Translations under genes and position numbers: made by a program
Shown: one piece after another, positions 29,920 to 43,083 of the stretch
Layout: each line of letters starts with the position of its first letter
How positions within the stretch are numbered: the stretch's first letter is position 1
The notes under the pieces: generated by a model
Database searches by the model: none
What the model was told of the DNA's origin: nothing
The model's input: only the letters and a program-made list of their open reading frames with translations
Source of the DNA: Candidatus Latescibacterota bacterium
Lineage (GTDB): Bacteria; Latescibacterota; UBA2968; GCA-2709665
Assembly (NCBI GenBank): GCA_965219455.1
Contig: OZ244744.1
Span: 288,001 to 352,000 of the forward strand
DNA length: 64,000 bases
Reading direction: 5' to 3'

Positions 29920-30335
29920 TCTTCACTGTCTCCCCGTTCGAGAAACCGGGTCTTGATGGGCATTTTGTGACCGGCCTTTCGCATGGCCTCCCGGGCGCTT
30001 TCCCGCTCAACCCCATCGATTTCGAACATAATACGGCCCGGTTTGACGACGGCCACCCAGTATTCCGGATTCCCCTTGCCCTTGCCCATACGGGTCTCCG
30101 CGGGTTTGACAGTGACCGGTTTGTCTGGAAACAGGCGAATCCACACTTTGCCGCCACGCCCGAGTGCGCGTGTAATGGCCACCCGCGCCGCCTCGATCTG
30201 CCGGCTGGTGATCCAGGCGGGCTCCAGCGCCTGCAGCGCGAATTCCCCAAAGGCGATCTTACTTCCCCGGTACGCCATCCCGCGCATGCGTCCGCGCTGC
30301 TGTTTTCGCCACTTGACCCTTTTTGGCATTAACAT
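29916..30335 (-). CDS. rplP: 50S ribosomal protein L16
   Basis: [31 protein letters not shown]. Confidence 0.98.
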   Translation of the reverse strand: MLMPKRVKWRKQQRGRMRGMAYRGSKIAFGEFALQALEPAWITSRQIEAARVAITRALGRGGKVWIRLFPDKPVTVKPAETRMGKGKGNPEYWVAVVKPGRIMFEIDGVERESAREAMRKAGHKMPIKTRFLERGDSEE

Positions 30336-30366
30336 GGAGTCAGGTCCTTACGAAAACCGGTTCCGA

Positions 30367-31023
30367 TTACTGTGCCGGCGCTCCCGGAATAGGACGTTCC
30401 ACGACCTCGCCGTGACACACCCACACCTTGACACCCACCGTGCCGGAGGTTGTAAAGGCTGTGGACGTTGCATAGTCGATATCGGCCCGAAGCGTATGCA
30501 ACGGCACCCTGCCCGCGGGTTCCGACTTTTCGATTCGCGCCATTTCCGCGCCGCCCAAGCGCCCGCCACATACAATCTTGATGCCGTCGGCACCCATGCG
30601 CATTGCTGAAGCGATGGCCTTTTTCATCGCTCGTCGGAATGAAACGCGCTGCTCCAACTGACGTGCGATATTGTCGGCGACCAATTGCGCATTCAATTCC
30701 GGCCGCTTGATTTCCTGTATATTTATATAAATCTCTTTGCCGGTGATGTGTTTCAGTTCGTCTCTGAGCTTGTCCACCTCTTGCCCTTTACGTCCGATCA
30801 CGATACCGGGTCGAGCGGTATGCACCGAAATGGTGACCCGTTTCGGTGCGCGTTCTATTTCAATTTGGGACACGCTTGCCCGTTGAAGTCTGCTCTGGAT
30901 GTACCGCCGCAGCATTAAATCTTCTTTGAGCAGTTCGGCAAAATCCTTGCCGGCAAACCAGCGGGAACGCCAGTCCTTTACGATGCCCAGTCGGAATCCG
31001 GTTGGATGTGTTTTCTGGCCCAA
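30367..31023 (-). CDS. rpsC: 30S ribosomal protein S3
   Basis: [44 protein letters not shown]. Confidence 0.98.
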   Translation of the reverse strand: MGQKTHPTGFRLGIVKDWRSRWFAGKDFAELLKEDLMLRRYIQSRLQRASVSQIEIERAPKRVTISVHTARPGIVIGRKGQEVDKLRDELKHITGKEIYINIQEIKRPELNAQLVADNIARQLEQRVSFRRAMKKAIASAMRMGADGIKIVCGGRLGGAEMARIEKSEPAGRVPLHTLRADIDYATSTAFTTSGTVGVKVWVCHGEVVERPIPGAPAQ

Positions 31024-31041
31024 AAGAAATCCTCCCGACGA

Positions 31042-31383
31042 CTAATTGTCGTCTGATACGACCAGCGTAATATGGCTGCAGCGTTTTCGGATAGTCCCGG
31101 CGGCGCCACGCGGCATGGGACGAATTCGACGCATGGCGATGGCGCCGTTCACAAACGCCTCATGAACGTACAGATCTTCTTCCCGAACCGTAGACGCCTC
31201 GACGTTGGCGGCGTTGGCCACCGCCGAACGCAGTGTGCGTTCTACGATCCGGGCTGCCTTCTTGGGTGTAAACTGAAGAATGTGAAACGCTTCTTCAACC
31301 CCTTTACCACGCACAAGATCCACCACCTGTCGCGCTTTTCGGGGTGAAATCTTGACATATCTGGTGACTGCCCTGGCCGTCAT
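31042..31383 (-). CDS. rplV: 50S ribosomal protein L22
   Basis: ISPRKARQVVDLVRGK, SAVANA, SHITLVV. Confidence 0.97.
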   Translation of the reverse strand: MTARAVTRYVKISPRKARQVVDLVRGKGVEEAFHILQFTPKKAARIVERTLRSAVANAANVEASTVREEDLYVHEAFVNGAIAMRRIRPMPRGAAGTIRKRCSHITLVVSDDN

Positions 31384-31484
31384 CGAAATCCTTCCTTACG
31401 GTAGCCGCACAATCCTCTCGCGTCCGCGAGGCCCATTGCCGGACACCGACAACCGGGAACATCTGGCCGCAAGGTGTACCGAAG

Positions 31485-31772
31485 CTACTTCAGCCCCGTC
31501 GAACGCTCAGTGAGACTTCCTGAGTGCCCTCGAAAAGTACGTGTAGGGGCGAATTCACCCAGCTTGTGACCAACCATATTTTCCGTAATGTACACCGGAA
31601 TGAACTTATTCCCGTTGTGCACCGCGAGCGTATGACCTACAAATTCCGGAGATATGGTCGAACGACGGGCCCACGTCTGGATCACGCGTTTATTGCCCGA
31701 CTTGTTCATTCCCTCGATCTTCGCCAGAATACCCGGGTCCAGATATGGGCCTTTTTTTAGCGACCGTGCCAT
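31485..31772 (-). CDS. rpsS: 30S ribosomal protein S19
   Basis: [24 protein letters not shown]. Confidence 0.98.
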   Translation of the reverse strand: MARSLKKGPYLDPGILAKIEGMNKSGNKRVIQTWARRSTISPEFVGHTLAVHNGNKFIPVYITENMVGHKLGEFAPTRTFRGHSGSLTERSTGLK

Positions 31773-31789
31773 TCAATCCTCGCTGGGGG

Positions 31790-32620
31790 TTAGCTCTTGC
31801 GCTGTTTTCTCACGATAAGTTTGTTGGATTTTTTCTTGCGTTTTCTCGTTTTGTATCCCTTCGTCGGCACCCCCCATGGCGTTACCGGATGTCTGCCACC
31901 TGAGGCACGTCCTTCCCCGCCTCCGTGCGGGTGATCGACGGGATTCATCGCCACGCCCCTCACCGACGGCCGTCTCCCCAGCCACCTGTTGCGACCCGCG
32001 CTTCCCAAAACGACGTTTTCGTGTTCCTGATTTCCCACCTGGCCGACCGTGGCATAACACGTCGCCGGAACGAGGCGTACCTCGCCGGAAGGCATGCGGA
32101 GTTGTGCGAACTTGCCTTCTTTTGCCATGATCTGAATTTCGGTTCCGGCCGACCGGCCCAACTGCCCGCCCTTACCGGGCTGCAATTCGACATTGTGAAT
32201 ATCGGTTCCCTGCGGGATGTTCTGGAGAGGCAGCGCATTGCCGGGCAGTACGTCCGCGTCCGGACCGGAAACCACTTGAGCGCCAACTTCAAGACCCGTG
32301 GGCGCCAGAATATACCGCTTCTCACCGTCCATATAGTGGAGCAACGCAATTCTGGCGGAACGATTCGGATCGTATTCAATCGAGTTAACCCTGGCCGGAA
32401 CACCGTGTTTGTTGCGTTTGAAATCGACGACCCGGTAATGTCGACGATGTCCTCCTCCGCGGCGGCGGCTGGTGATGCGGCCCATATTGTTTCGCCCACC
32501 GCTCTTCTTGTTTGCCTCAACGAGTGACTTCTCGGGATGAGATCGGGTAATTTCCTCAAACGAGGAGACGGTTTTGTAACGCAGCGAGGGCGTAAGCGGT
32601 CGGAACGATTTGACTGGCAT
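31790..32620 (-). CDS. rplB: 50S ribosomal protein L2
   Basis: [30 protein letters not shown]. Confidence 0.98.
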   Translation of the reverse strand: MPVKSFRPLTPSLRYKTVSSFEEITRSHPEKSLVEANKKSGGRNNMGRITSRRRGGGHRRHYRVVDFKRNKHGVPARVNSIEYDPNRSARIALLHYMDGEKRYILAPTGLEVGAQVVSGPDADVLPGNALPLQNIPQGTDIHNVELQPGKGGQLGRSAGTEIQIMAKEGKFAQLRMPSGEVRLVPATCYATVGQVGNQEHENVVLGSAGRNRWLGRRPSVRGVAMNPVDHPHGGGEGRASGGRHPVTPWGVPTKGYKTRKRKKKSNKLIVRKQRKS

Positions 32621-32623
32621 CGA

Positions 32624-32917
32624 TCAGGATTCTCCGAAGAAGTCTATGGCGTCACCGTCTGCAAGGGTGATGATCGCCTTTTTCCAGTTTGCCCGGCGGC
32701 CCTGAAACCGCCCCATTCTCTTCAGCTTGCCAGAGAAGGACGAGGTATTGACTTTCACCACCCTTACATTGTACATCGTTTCAGCGGCCTTCTTGATTTC
32801 CAGCTTGTTGGCATCGACCCGAACTTCAAACACGAATTTGTTGTGAACTTCCTGGAGCTCGGAAGCCCGTTCGGTGATCAGCGGCCTGCGGATAATATCT
32901 CTGAAGTCTATTTTCAT
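32624..32917 (-). CDS. rplW: 50S ribosomal protein L23
   Basis: PLITE, ANKLEIK, WKKAIITL. Confidence 0.97.
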   Translation of the reverse strand: MKIDFRDIIRRPLITERASELQEVHNKFVFEVRVDANKLEIKKAAETMYNVRVVKVNTSSFSGKLKRMGRFQGRRANWKKAIITLADGDAIDFFGES

Positions 32918-33564
32918 GCCGCCCCCCAGATGGCCTGCAGCCTTCCCAGGGCTTCCCTGGTGAAGACGACCGCATCAGCGTTGACCACATCGTATGTCGA
33001 GACCTGAGCTACCGGCCGTACCTGGAGGTTGGATAAATTCCGACAGGACTTCAGGACATTCGGCGCCGCCTCCGGCGTGAGCAAGAGAACCTTCCGGTCG
33101 TCGATTTGTATGGCCTGCGTCATCCCCGCCATTCGTTTCGTTTTGGGTTCGTCAAACGTGAAGTCTTCCACCACTTTGATCGCCCCGTCCGGAACCTTCA
33201 ATGAAAACGCCGATTTCAGTGCCAATCGCCGTACCTTCTTGGGCACGCGCTCGCTCAACTCTCGCGGTCTGGGGCCGTGAGCAACCCCGCCCCCGACCCG
33301 AATTGGAGATGATGCGCTGCCGGCTCTCGATCGTCCCGTGCCCTTTTGCCGATACAACTTCCGTTTGCTGCGCCGGACCTCCGCGCGGGTCTTGGAATGG
33401 GCGTTGCCCTGCCGCTGGTTTGTCAGATACATCTTGACTGTATGATAGATGGCAGGGTGGGAAGGTTCAATCCCGAAGATCGCCTCCGGGAGGTCGACGG
33501 ATCCCACGACCTCGCCGTGGAAATTTGTTACCTCAACTGATGCCATAACACTATCGGTTTCCAT
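32914..33564 (-). CDS. rplD: 50S ribosomal protein L4
   Basis: RQG..KTRAEV, RQKGTGR, GGGVAHGPRPR; start 33564 (overlapping rplC stop) or 33546. Confidence 0.97.
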   Translation of the reverse strand: METDSVMASVEVTNFHGEVVGSVDLPEAIFGIEPSHPAIYHTVKMYLTNQRQGNAHSKTRAEVRRSKRKLYRQKGTGRSRAGSASSPIRVGGGVAHGPRPRELSERVPKKVRRLALKSAFSLKVPDGAIKVVEDFTFDEPKTKRMAGMTQAIQIDDRKVLLLTPEAAPNVLKSCRNLSNLQVRPVAQVSTYDVVNADAVVFTREALGRLQAIWGAA

Positions 33565-34190
33565 TAGTTGCGCTGCTTTTGCACCTTGACGATGCCGCCA
33601 TTTGGGCCGGGCACCGCGCCCTTGAGCAGCAACAGGTTGCGCTCTTTGTCCACCCGGACAACCATCAGCCCCTTCACGGTTTCCCGGCGATGGCCCATAT
33701 GGCCTGCCATCCGCATTCCTTTGAACACACGCGAAGGATCCGAACTCTGACCGATGGATCCTGGCGCCCGATGACGGTCGGACTGCCCGTGTGTTTTCGG
33801 GCCGCCCTTGAAATGGTGCCGTTTGACCACACCCTGAAAGCCCTTGCCTTTGCTCCGCCCGGTTACCGAGACGTATTCGCCGGGCTCAAATATGCAGGTA
33901 TCAAGGATCTGACCGACCTCGTATTCCGACGTGTTGTCCACCCGAAACTCCTTCAGGATGCGATGGGGGCCCGCGCCGGATTTCTTGAGAACGCCGAGTT
34001 GTGGACGGGTGAGCCGCCGTTCGGACGTGGCGCCGAAGCCGAGTTTCAGCGCGAGATATCCATCCGACACATCTTCCTTGACCTGTACAACCGGACATGG
34101 CCCCGCCTGAACCACGGTAATAGGGACCAGGTTGTCGTGCTGGTCGTATGTCTGGGTCATTCCGACTTTTTTTCCTATCAATCCCAACAC
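33564..34190 (-). CDS. rplC: 50S ribosomal protein L3
   Basis: GKKVGMTQ, SKGKGFQG..KRH, HRAPGSIG, KGAVPG. Confidence 0.98.
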   Translation of the reverse strand: MLGLIGKKVGMTQTYDQHDNLVPITVVQAGPCPVVQVKEDVSDGYLALKLGFGATSERRLTRPQLGVLKKSGAGPHRILKEFRVDNTSEYEVGQILDTCIFEPGEYVSVTGRSKGKGFQGVVKRHHFKGGPKTHGQSDRHRAPGSIGQSSDPSRVFKGMRMAGHMGHRRETVKGLMVVRVDKERNLLLLKGAVPGPNGGIVKVQKQRN

Positions 34191-34194
34191 GGTA

Positions 34195-34503
34195 CTACGC
34201 CTTTATTTCGATGTCGATCCCCGCCGGCAAATCCAATTTCATCAATGCATCTACCGTCTGCGGCGTCGAGTTGTGAATATCGATTAAACGCTTATGGACC
34301 CGGGTCTCGAACTGCTCCCGGGATTTTTTGTCTATATTGGGGCCTCGCAGCACCGTGTACAACGAACGCTTGGTGGGCAATGGAATGGGGCCGGATATCA
34401 GCGCTCCGGTCCGTTTCGCCGTTCGCACTATCTCGTCGACGGACCGATCCAGGGTAACATGATCGTAAGCCTTTAATCGAATACGAATTTTCTGTGCTGG
34501 CAC
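34195..34503 (-). CDS. rpsJ: 30S ribosomal protein S10
   Basis: [30 protein letters not shown]. Confidence 0.98.
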   Translation of the reverse strand: MPAQKIRIRLKAYDHVTLDRSVDEIVRTAKRTGALISGPIPLPTKRSLYTVLRGPNIDKKSREQFETRVHKRLIDIHNSTPQTVDALMKLDLPAGIDIEIKA

Positions 34504-34520
34504 TGGCCCCTCCGTCGGCG

Positions 34521-35717
<1,197 letters not shown>

Positions 35718-35813
35718 GTCACATTCCTCCTGTTACCTATAGACGATGCAAAAATCTCGTTATTGGGCTATCGTAGTTGCCCGCCATGAAGAATGAATTG
35801 GATCTCCCAATCT

Positions 35814-37883
35814 CTAATTGTCGGCGAGTTCCCGTGCGAGCGCTTTCGGTATTTCCTGGAACCTTGAGAATTCCATCGAATAGATAGCGCGCCCCTGAGT
35901 CAAGGACCGCAGACGCGTGGCATAACCGAACATCTCGGTCAGGGGGACCATTGCCGTAATCACCTGGGCATCCGGCCTGATCACAATGCCCACAATTTGT
36001 CCGCGCCGGGCGTTCAGGTCGCCCATCACATCGCCCAGATAATCTTCGGGAACGACCACTTCAACGTCCATCATGGGCTCCATCAGATACGGGTCCGCTT
36101 TTCGGGCGCCGTCTTTAAAAGCCATGGAAGCGGCCACTTTGAACGCCAGTTCCGACGAATCGACATCGTGGTACGATCCGTCGTAGAGTACGATCTTCAC
36201 ATCTTCCATCGGATATCCGGCCAATACGCCCGACTGCATAGCCTCCTGAACACCCTGTCGGACCGCAGGGATATAATCGGACGGTACGGATCCGCCCACG
36301 ATCTTATTCTCGAAAACGAGGCCGCTTCCCGGATCTCCCGGACCCATCTCCAGCCAGACGTGCCCCCACTGCCCCCGGCCGCCGGTCTGCCGGATGAATC
36401 GTCCCTCTACCTTGACGGTCTTGCGAATCGCCTCCTTGAAGGTCACCTGTGGCTTGCCCACATTGGCTGCCACGCGAAATTCCCTCATCAGGCGGTCGAC
36501 AATGATCTCAAGATGCAATTCACCCATTCCTGATATAATCGTCTGTCCGGTATCTTCGTCGCCGGACACGTGGAACGTGGGATCCTCGTCGGATAATTTC
36601 CTGAGCGCGGTACCCAGTTGATCCTGGTCCGCTTTGGTTCTGGGCTCGATGGCCACGGACACGACCGGTTTCGCAAAGTCCATTGACTCCAGAATAACCG
36701 GATGGTCGGGATCGCAAAGCGTCTCCCCCGTTGCCGTCGCTTTCAGCCCCACGGCGGCCGCGATTTCTCCGGTTACGACCTCGTCGATTTCTTGTCGCTT
36801 GTTAGCGTGCATCTGTAGAACCCGGCCGATTCGCTCTCGTTTCCCTTTGTTGGAATTCTTCACGTACGAACCGGTCTTGAGACAACCGGAATAAACCCTG
36901 AAGTAGGTCAGGTGCCCCACATAAGGATCGGTTGTCACTTTGAATGCAAGCGCGGAGAACGGTTCGTCGTGGGAGGGCGCGCGGGCTACGTTCGCCCCCG
37001 AGTCAGGATGGGTGCCGTTAACCGCCGGGACGTCCAATGGCGACGGCAGGTAGTCCTTAACGCCGTCAAGCAGGCGCTGAACGCCTTTGTTCTTAAAGGC
37101 CGATCCGCAGAAGACGGGCACGGCACGAACGTTGATGGTTGCCAGTCGAAGCGCCTGTTTGATTTCTTCTTCGGCAATATGCTCGCCTTCGAGAAATTTC
37201 TCCATCAGCGTATCGTCAAAATCAGAGACCGCCTCCAGCATCTGCTCGCGGTAGGTTTCTGCATGGTCCAACAGATCGTGTGGAATTTCGCTTTCGCTAA
37301 AAACCGTACCAAGTGTGTCTTTCTGATAGGACACCATTTTCATCTTCACCAGATCGATCAAACCATTGAACAACTCGCCTGCGCCTACGGGAATCTGCAC
37401 CGGCACAAAATTCGAAGCCAGGCGTTCCCTCATCATTTCAAGTACTCGGAAAAAATCGGCGCCCGTACGGTCCATTTTGTTAACGAACGCAATCCGTGGC
37501 ACACTGTACTTGTCGGCCTGGCGCCAGACCGTTTCCGACTGGGGCTCCACACCGCCGACGGCGCAGAAGATCCCGATCACTCCGTCCAAAACCCTGAGTG
37601 ACCGCTCGACTTCGGCCGTAAAATCCACGTGTCCGGGCGTATCGATAATATTGATCCGGTGTCCGTCCCAGAAACAGGTGGTGGCGGCAGATGTAATGGT
37701 AATGCCCCGCTCCCGTTCCTGGTCCATCCAGTCCATTGTAGCCGCCCCATCGTGCACCTCGCCCATTCGATGCAGCCGACCCGTATAATACAGAATCCGT
37801 TCGCTCGTTGTGGTTTTACCCGCATCGATATGGGCCATAATGCCGATGTTTCGGATCCGTTCCAGTTGTTCTCTACGTGACAT
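35814..37883 (-). CDS. fusA: Elongation factor G
   Basis: [44 protein letters not shown]. Confidence 0.99.
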   Translation of the reverse strand: MSRREQLERIRNIGIMAHIDAGKTTTSERILYYTGRLHRMGEVHDGAATMDWMDQERERGITITSAATTCFWDGHRINIIDTPGHVDFTAEVERSLRVLDGVIGIFCAVGGVEPQSETVWRQADKYSVPRIAFVNKMDRTGADFFRVLEMMRERLASNFVPVQIPVGAGELFNGLIDLVKMKMVSYQKDTLGTVFSESEIPHDLLDHAETYREQMLEAVSDFDDTLMEKFLEGEHIAEEEIKQALRLATINVRAVPVFCGSAFKNKGVQRLLDGVKDYLPSPLDVPAVNGTHPDSGANVARAPSHDEPFSALAFKVTTDPYVGHLTYFRVYSGCLKTGSYVKNSNKGKRERIGRVLQMHANKRQEIDEVVTGEIAAAVGLKATATGETLCDPDHPVILESMDFAKPVVSVAIEPRTKADQDQLGTALRKLSDEDPTFHVSGDEDTGQTIISGMGELHLEIIVDRLMREFRVAANVGKPQVTFKEAIRKTVKVEGRFIRQTGGRGQWGHVWLEMGPGDPGSGLVFENKIVGGSVPSDYIPAVRQGVQEAMQSGVLAGYPMEDVKIVLYDGSYHDVDSSELAFKVAASMAFKDGARKADPYLMEPMMDVEVVVPEDYLGDVMGDLNARRGQIVGIVIRPDAQVITAMVPLTEMFGYATRLRSLTQGRAIYSMEFSRFQEIPKALARELADN

Positions 37884-37888
37884 TTACG

Positions 37889-38356
37889 CTACCACCGATA
37901 GTGTGCGAACGCCCGATTGGCCTCGGCCATGCGGTGTGTTTCTTCTCTTCGTTGCATAGCCCGACCCCGGCCGTTGGCTGCGTCCATTAATTCAGCCGAG
38001 AGCCTCTGTGACATGGTTTTCTCACCGCGCCCGCGCGAGAACGTAATCAACCATCCGATCGAAAGCGAAAGGCGCTCATCTGACCGTACTTCGACCGGCA
38101 CCTGGTAGGTCGTTCCGCCCACCCGCCGGGATTTCACCTGAATTATCGGCTTGGCACTTTCGACAGCCTGTTCGAATACTTCCAGCCCTGTTTTGTCCGT
38201 CCGGTCGGCGATCAGGTCCAACGCACGGTACAGAATTTTCTCGCCGATGCTCTTCTTGCCCTTCCGGAACAGACTGTTGACAAACTGCGTCACCAGAACG
38301 CTGCCGTATTTGGGATCGGGTGAAAAATCTCGTTTCTCGGCCCGTCTTTTTCTCAT
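37889..38356 (-). CDS. rpsG: 30S ribosomal protein S7
   Basis: [32 protein letters not shown]. Confidence 0.98.
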   Translation of the reverse strand: MRKRRAEKRDFSPDPKYGSVLVTQFVNSLFRKGKKSIGEKILYRALDLIADRTDKTGLEVFEQAVESAKPIIQVKSRRVGGTTYQVPVEVRSDERLSLSIGWLITFSRGRGEKTMSQRLSAELMDAANGRGRAMQRREETHRMAEANRAFAHYRW

Positions 38357-38439
38357 AACATCCTCAAAACAAGGGGGACACACCGTCCCTACTCAAGCGT
38401 TATCCCCCGAAACAAACCCTTACATAAAATTCGGAAGTC

Positions 38440-38811
38440 CTATTGAGGCGTCTTGGCGCCGTACTTGGACCGGCCCTGTTTTCGGTCGGCGACGCCGATC
38501 GTGTCCAGGACGCCGCGGATAATGTGGTACCGAACCGAAGGCAGGTCCCGTACCCGACCACCCCGTATGAGCACAACGGAGTGTTCCTGAAGATTGTGAC
38601 CTTCGCCAGGGATATATGCTGTGACCTCCATCCCGTTCGTGAGGCGGACGCGGGCCACCTTTCGCAGGGCGGAGTTCGGTTTCTTGGGGGTCGTGGTATA
38701 GACACGCGTGCAGACGCCCCGCTTTTGCGGGCATCCCCGCAAAGCGGGGGCGGGCGAACGCTTTGCCTTTTGCTTGCGCCCTTTGCGCACCAGCTGATTG
38801 ATGGTGGGCAA
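38440..38811 (-). CDS. rpsL: 30S ribosomal protein S12
   Basis: [32 protein letters not shown]. Confidence 0.99.
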   Translation of the reverse strand: MPTINQLVRKGRKQKAKRSPAPALRGCPQKRGVCTRVYTTTPKKPNSALRKVARVRLTNGMEVTAYIPGEGHNLQEHSVVLIRGGRVRDLPSVRYHIIRGVLDTIGVADRKQGRSKYGAKTPQ

Positions 38812-38908
38812 AACAACCTCCTGTACGGTTCACAACCAGAACAACGCGGCCGAATCCATCCGGACGGCCGATTTAGCCTTGTCCGGTTAAATTTGACCAT
38901 AGACTTCC

Positions 38909-38937
38909 ATTATACCAATTTGAAGTCTGCTTGTCAA
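38909..38937 (-). promoter_or_regulatory. Consensus sigma70 promoter of the str/S10 cluster
   Basis: TTGACA-N17-TATAAT with TGn extended -10; the -35 contains the rpoC stop codon. Confidence 0.9.
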
Positions 38938-41900
38938 GCATTTATCGGCGGAAGACCGACGTTTTCGATCCCCTCGGCGGTAACCTCCTCGACATCCTTC
39001 TCCAGAGATACCGCCCGAACCGCGCGATACTGTTCCGCACCCGTTCCGGCCGGAATCAGGTGCCCGATAATTACGTTTTCCTTCAATCCCAGCAGGCCGT
39101 CCATCTTGCCCTGAACGGAGGCCTCTGTCAATACGCGCGTGGTCTCCTGGAACGATGCGGCGGAAATAAAGCTGTCGGTCATTAGAGAGGCTCGTGTAAT
39201 GCCCAACAAGACCGGCTGGAAGGTAGCCGGATCGCCGCCTTCGGCAATCACCTTTTCGTTCTCGTCCCGGAATCGGAAGCGATCTACCGTTTCTCCTTCC
39301 AGGAAATTGGTGTCGCCCGGATCCGTAACCTGGACCTTCTGCAGCATCTGGCGCACGATACACTCGATATGCTTGTCGTTTATCCGGACACCCTGCATGC
39401 GATAGACGGCCTGGATCTCGTTCACCAGGTATTCCTGCACCGCCTGGATGCCCTGGATCTGTAGAATATCGTGCGGATTCACCGAGCCTTCCGACAACTG
39501 TTCGCCAGCCTGGACCCGGTCGTTCTCCTGAACCCGGAGATGTTTTCCATATGGAATCGTATATTTCCGTTCCTCGCCGTCGTCAGACGTGACAATCACG
39601 GTCCTGGAACCCCGTACAAGTCCGCCGAAACTGACCGTACCGTCGATCTCGGAGACCACGGCGGGATCCTTGGGACGCCGCGCCTCGAAGAGTTCGGCGA
39701 CGCGGGGCAATCCGCCCGTGATGTCTCTTGTTTTGCTGCGCTCGCGCGGGATCTTCGCCAGGGTATCTCCTGCGCCGATCTCATTCGCATGGTGTACCAC
39801 GAGGCGAGCACCCACGGGGATAATGTAATGACCGACTTCATTGCCTGCGTCGTCGACGATTCGAATCCGCGGAGACAGCGTACGGTCACGGTGTTCGGAG
39901 ACCACCTGGGCCGCCAGACCGGTTGTCTCGTCGGCCTCTTCACGGTATGTTACCCCTTCGACGAGGTCGACAAACTCGACCGTACCCGGCCGGTTGGAGA
40001 CGATAATATTGTTATAGGGATCCCATTCGTACAGGACCTGATTTTCGTCCACCGGCTGCTCGTCCTCTACTTTCAACACGGCACCGAAGGGCACGTAATA
40101 GTGACCACCGCGAGGACGACCCTGGTCGTCCTGTACCTCGAACTCTCCGTTCCTGCCCACCGCAATGCGCTGTCCATCGCTCCGGGTTACGGAATCCATA
40201 TTGATGAACCGAACGACGCCGGGCCGTTTGGCGACGATTTCCGCCTGCTCCGCGATCCGGCTGGACGTGCCGCCGATATGGAACGTCCGCAACGTGAGCT
40301 GGGTGCCCGGCTCGCCGACACTCTGGGCGGCAATCACCCCGACGGCCTCGCCGATATCAACGAGCCTTCCGGTGGCGAGGTTTCGACCATAACACTTGGC
40401 GCAGATGCCCCGGCGGGCTTCGCAGGTCAATACCGAACGCACGTTCACCCGTTCCACGCCGGCATCGGCGATTCCGGCAGCAGAGGCCTCGCCGAGGAGC
40501 ATACCGCTCTCCACAATGACCTCGCCTTCGATCGGATCGTAGACATCTTCCAACAGGGTTCGGCCCACGATACGATCCGCCAGGGGCTCGACCACCTCCT
40601 CGCCCTCTTTAAGCGCTTCGAGTTCAATGCCCATTATGGTGCCGCAATCCCCTTCGCCTATCACGCCGTCCTGTGCCACATCCACCATACGACGAGTGAG
40701 ATAGCCCGCCTCGGCGGTCTTGAGTGCCGTGTCGGCCAACCCCTTTCTTGCGCCGTGCGTGGATATGAAGTACTCCAGCACCGAGAGACCCTCTTTAAAC
40801 GAGGCAACGATGGGCGTTTCGATAATCTCCCCGATCGCTCCAGTCAGCTTCTTCTGAGGTTTGTTCATCAATCCCCGCATACCACCCAACTGTTTCACCT
40901 GATCGTCGCTGCCACGAGCGCCGGAGTCTTTCATAATGTATATCGAATTGAAACCGTCCTCGGAATGCTCCAGAGCCTCGTTCATCATTTCGGCGATGTT
41001 GTTCGTGGTATGCTGCCAAACGTCGATGACTTTGTTGTACCGCTCGCCTTCGGTGATGACGCCGTGGACGTACTGTTGGTGAATTCGATCGACCTCGCCC
41101 TTGGCTATGTCGATGAATTCCTGCTTCTTGGGCGGAACCACGACGTCGTCCATCGAAACAGTCACACCGGATTGGGTCGCATAGTCATATCCCAGTCGCT
41201 TCAGGCCGTCGGCAAATTCAACCGTTGCCCGATTTCCAAATCGCCGATGGACGTCGGTGGTTACTTTCTGGATCACGGGCTTGTCCACCATCTGATTGAT
41301 ATAGGGCATTCCGTCGGGCAAAATCTCATTGAAAATCACCTGTCCTACGGTGGTCGTCAGCAGCTTGCCGTCGACACGCACGAGAATGGCTTCGTGGAGG
41401 TCGATTTTTCCGTAATCGTGTGCGATCAGCGCTTCGTTCGGGCTGCCGAACGCCTTGACTTGCTTATTGTCGGGATGCTGGACCATTTTGGTGAGGTAAT
41501 AACAGCCCATGGCGATGTCCTGCGGGTTGTGCACGATCACTGCAGATCCGTCTGCGGGCTTGAGCATATTGTTCGCAGACATGACCAGGATGCGGGCTTC
41601 AATTTGCGCCTCGAAAGACAGAGGCACGTGGACTGCCATCTGGTCGCCGTCGAAGTCCGCGTTAAACGCCGCGCACACCAGCGGATGGATACGAATCGCC
41701 TTCCCTTCCACAAGCACGGGCTGGAACGCCTGGATGCCCAGCCGGTGGAGCGTTGGCGCACGGTTCAGCAGGACGTAGTGATCCTGGATGATGTCTTCGA
41801 GAATATCCCACACCTCGACCCGTTCTCGCTCGACCAGCTTTTTTGCGCTTTTCACGGTCTGGACCAATCCGCGCTCTTCCAGTTTTTTGATGATAAACGG

Positions 41901-43022
41901 CTTGAATAGTTCAAGCGCCATGTGCTTCGGAAGCCCACATTGATGCAGCTTGAGGTTGGGGTCGACTACGATTACCGACCGGCCGGAATAGTCGACCCGC
42001 TTGCCGAGCAGATTCTGGCGGAAGCGGCCCTGCTTTCCCTTCAGTAGATCCGAGAGTGACTTCAACGACCGGTTGCCGTCGCCACGCACCGCTCGAGATC
42101 TGCGGCCATTGTCGAACAGCGCGTCGACGGCCTCCTGAAGCATGCGTTTCTCGTTACGCAGAATCACCTCAGGTGCTTTGATTTCGATGAGCTTCTTCAG
42201 CCTGTTGTTCCGGTTGATGACCCTCCGGTACAGATCGTTCAAGTCTGACGTGGCGAACCTTCCGCCCTCCAGAGGGACCAGCGGCCGGAGGTCCGGTGGA
42301 ATAACGGGAATGACGTCCAGAATCATCCATGACGGATGGTTGTCGGACTGGCGAAATGCCTCGACCACCTTCAGCCGTTTCAACGCCTCCTGTTTGCGCT
42401 GAACGGAGGTTTCCATGCGCGCCTGGGTGCGCAACTCCGCGGAAAGTTCCTCAATGTCTATTTCACTGAGCAGCTTTTTGAGTGCGACCGCGCCCATATC
42501 CGCATGAAAGTTGTACCCCTTCGCCTCGAGTTCAAACGCTTCATCTTCGGAGAGAAGATCCTTATACTTCAGATCGGGCGCGTCGCCTGGATCCAATACA
42601 ACGTATGACTCGTAATAGATGATCCGTTCCAGATTGCGAATCGTAATATCCAGCAGATAACCCATGCGGGAAGGCAGCGACTTGAAGAACCAGATATGCG
42701 TAACCGGCACCGCAAGTTCGATATGGCCCAACCGCTCACGGCGCACCTTGGACTGGGTCACTTCCACGCCGCACCGGTCACAGACCACGCCCCGGTAGCG
42801 AATCCTCTTATACTTGCCGCAGCTGCATTCCCAATCCTTAACCGGACCGAAGATGCGTTCGCAGAACAGACCGTCACGCTCCGGCTTGAACGAGCGGTAA
42901 TTGATGGTTTCCGGCTTGGTCACCTCACCGCGGGACCAGCCCCGGATCGTTTCCGGAGAAGCGAGCTGAATACGGATCGAGTTGAACTCTGTGGGCCGCT
43001 TGGAAGTGTTGATGTCCGCCAC
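38934..43022 (-). CDS. rpoC: RNA polymerase subunit beta'
   Basis: [10 protein letters not shown] catalytic motif, Zn finger [17 protein letters not shown]. Confidence 0.99.
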   Translation of the reverse strand: MADINTSKRPTEFNSIRIQLASPETIRGWSRGEVTKPETINYRSFKPERDGLFCERIFGPVKDWECSCGKYKRIRYRGVVCDRCGVEVTQSKVRRERLGHIELAVPVTHIWFFKSLPSRMGYLLDITIRNLERIIYYESYVVLDPGDAPDLKYKDLLSEDEAFELEAKGYNFHADMGAVALKKLLSEIDIEELSAELRTQARMETSVQRKQEALKRLKVVEAFRQSDNHPSWMILDVIPVIPPDLRPLVPLEGGRFATSDLNDLYRRVINRNNRLKKLIEIKAPEVILRNEKRMLQEAVDALFDNGRRSRAVRGDGNRSLKSLSDLLKGKQGRFRQNLLGKRVDYSGRSVIVVDPNLKLHQCGLPKHMALELFKPFIIKKLEERGLVQTVKSAKKLVERERVEVWDILEDIIQDHYVLLNRAPTLHRLGIQAFQPVLVEGKAIRIHPLVCAAFNADFDGDQMAVHVPLSFEAQIEARILVMSANNMLKPADGSAVIVHNPQDIAMGCYYLTKMVQHPDNKQVKAFGSPNEALIAHDYGKIDLHEAILVRVDGKLLTTTVGQVIFNEILPDGMPYINQMVDKPVIQKVTTDVHRRFGNRATVEFADGLKRLGYDYATQSGVTVSMDDVVVPPKKQEFIDIAKGEVDRIHQQYVHGVITEGERYNKVIDVWQHTTNNIAEMMNEALEHSEDGFNSIYIMKDSGARGSDDQVKQLGGMRGLMNKPQKKLTGAIGEIIETPIVASFKEGLSVLEYFISTHGARKGLADTALKTAEAGYLTRRMVDVAQDGVIGEGDCGTIMGIELEALKEGEEVVEPLADRIVGRTLLEDVYDPIEGEVIVESGMLLGEASAAGIADAGVERVNVRSVLTCEARRGICAKCYGRNLATGRLVDIGEAVGVIAAQSVGEPGTQLTLRTFHIGGTSSRIAEQAEIVAKRPGVVRFINMDSVTRSDGQRIAVGRNGEFEVQDDQGRPRGGHYYVPFGAVLKVEDEQPVDENQVLYEWDPYNNIIVSNRPGTVEFVDLVEGVTYREEADETTGLAAQVVSEHRDRTLSPRIRIVDDAGNEVGHYIIPVGARLVVHHANEIGAGDTLAKIPRERSKTRDITGGLPRVAELFEARRPKDPAVVSEIDGTVSFGGLVRGSRTVIVTSDDGEERKYTIPYGKHLRVQENDRVQAGEQLSEGSVNPHDILQIQGIQAVQEYLVNEIQAVYRMQGVRINDKHIECIVRQMLQKVQVTDPGDTNFLEGETVDRFRFRDENEKVIAEGGDPATFQPVLLGITRASLMTDSFISAASFQETTRVLTEASVQGKMDGLLGLKENVIIGHLIPAGTGAEQYRAVRAVSLEKDVEEVTAEGIENVGLPPINA

Positions 43023-43083
43023 GGGCCTTACCCCCTTTTTGCGATCGAAATCCGAATAAAATAGATGACCCCACTACCAGATC

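Noticed and set aside
39471-41909. 812-aa plus-strand ORF
   Set aside because: Antisense shadow of rpoC, as expected from GC-rich codon bias; no recognisable motifs.
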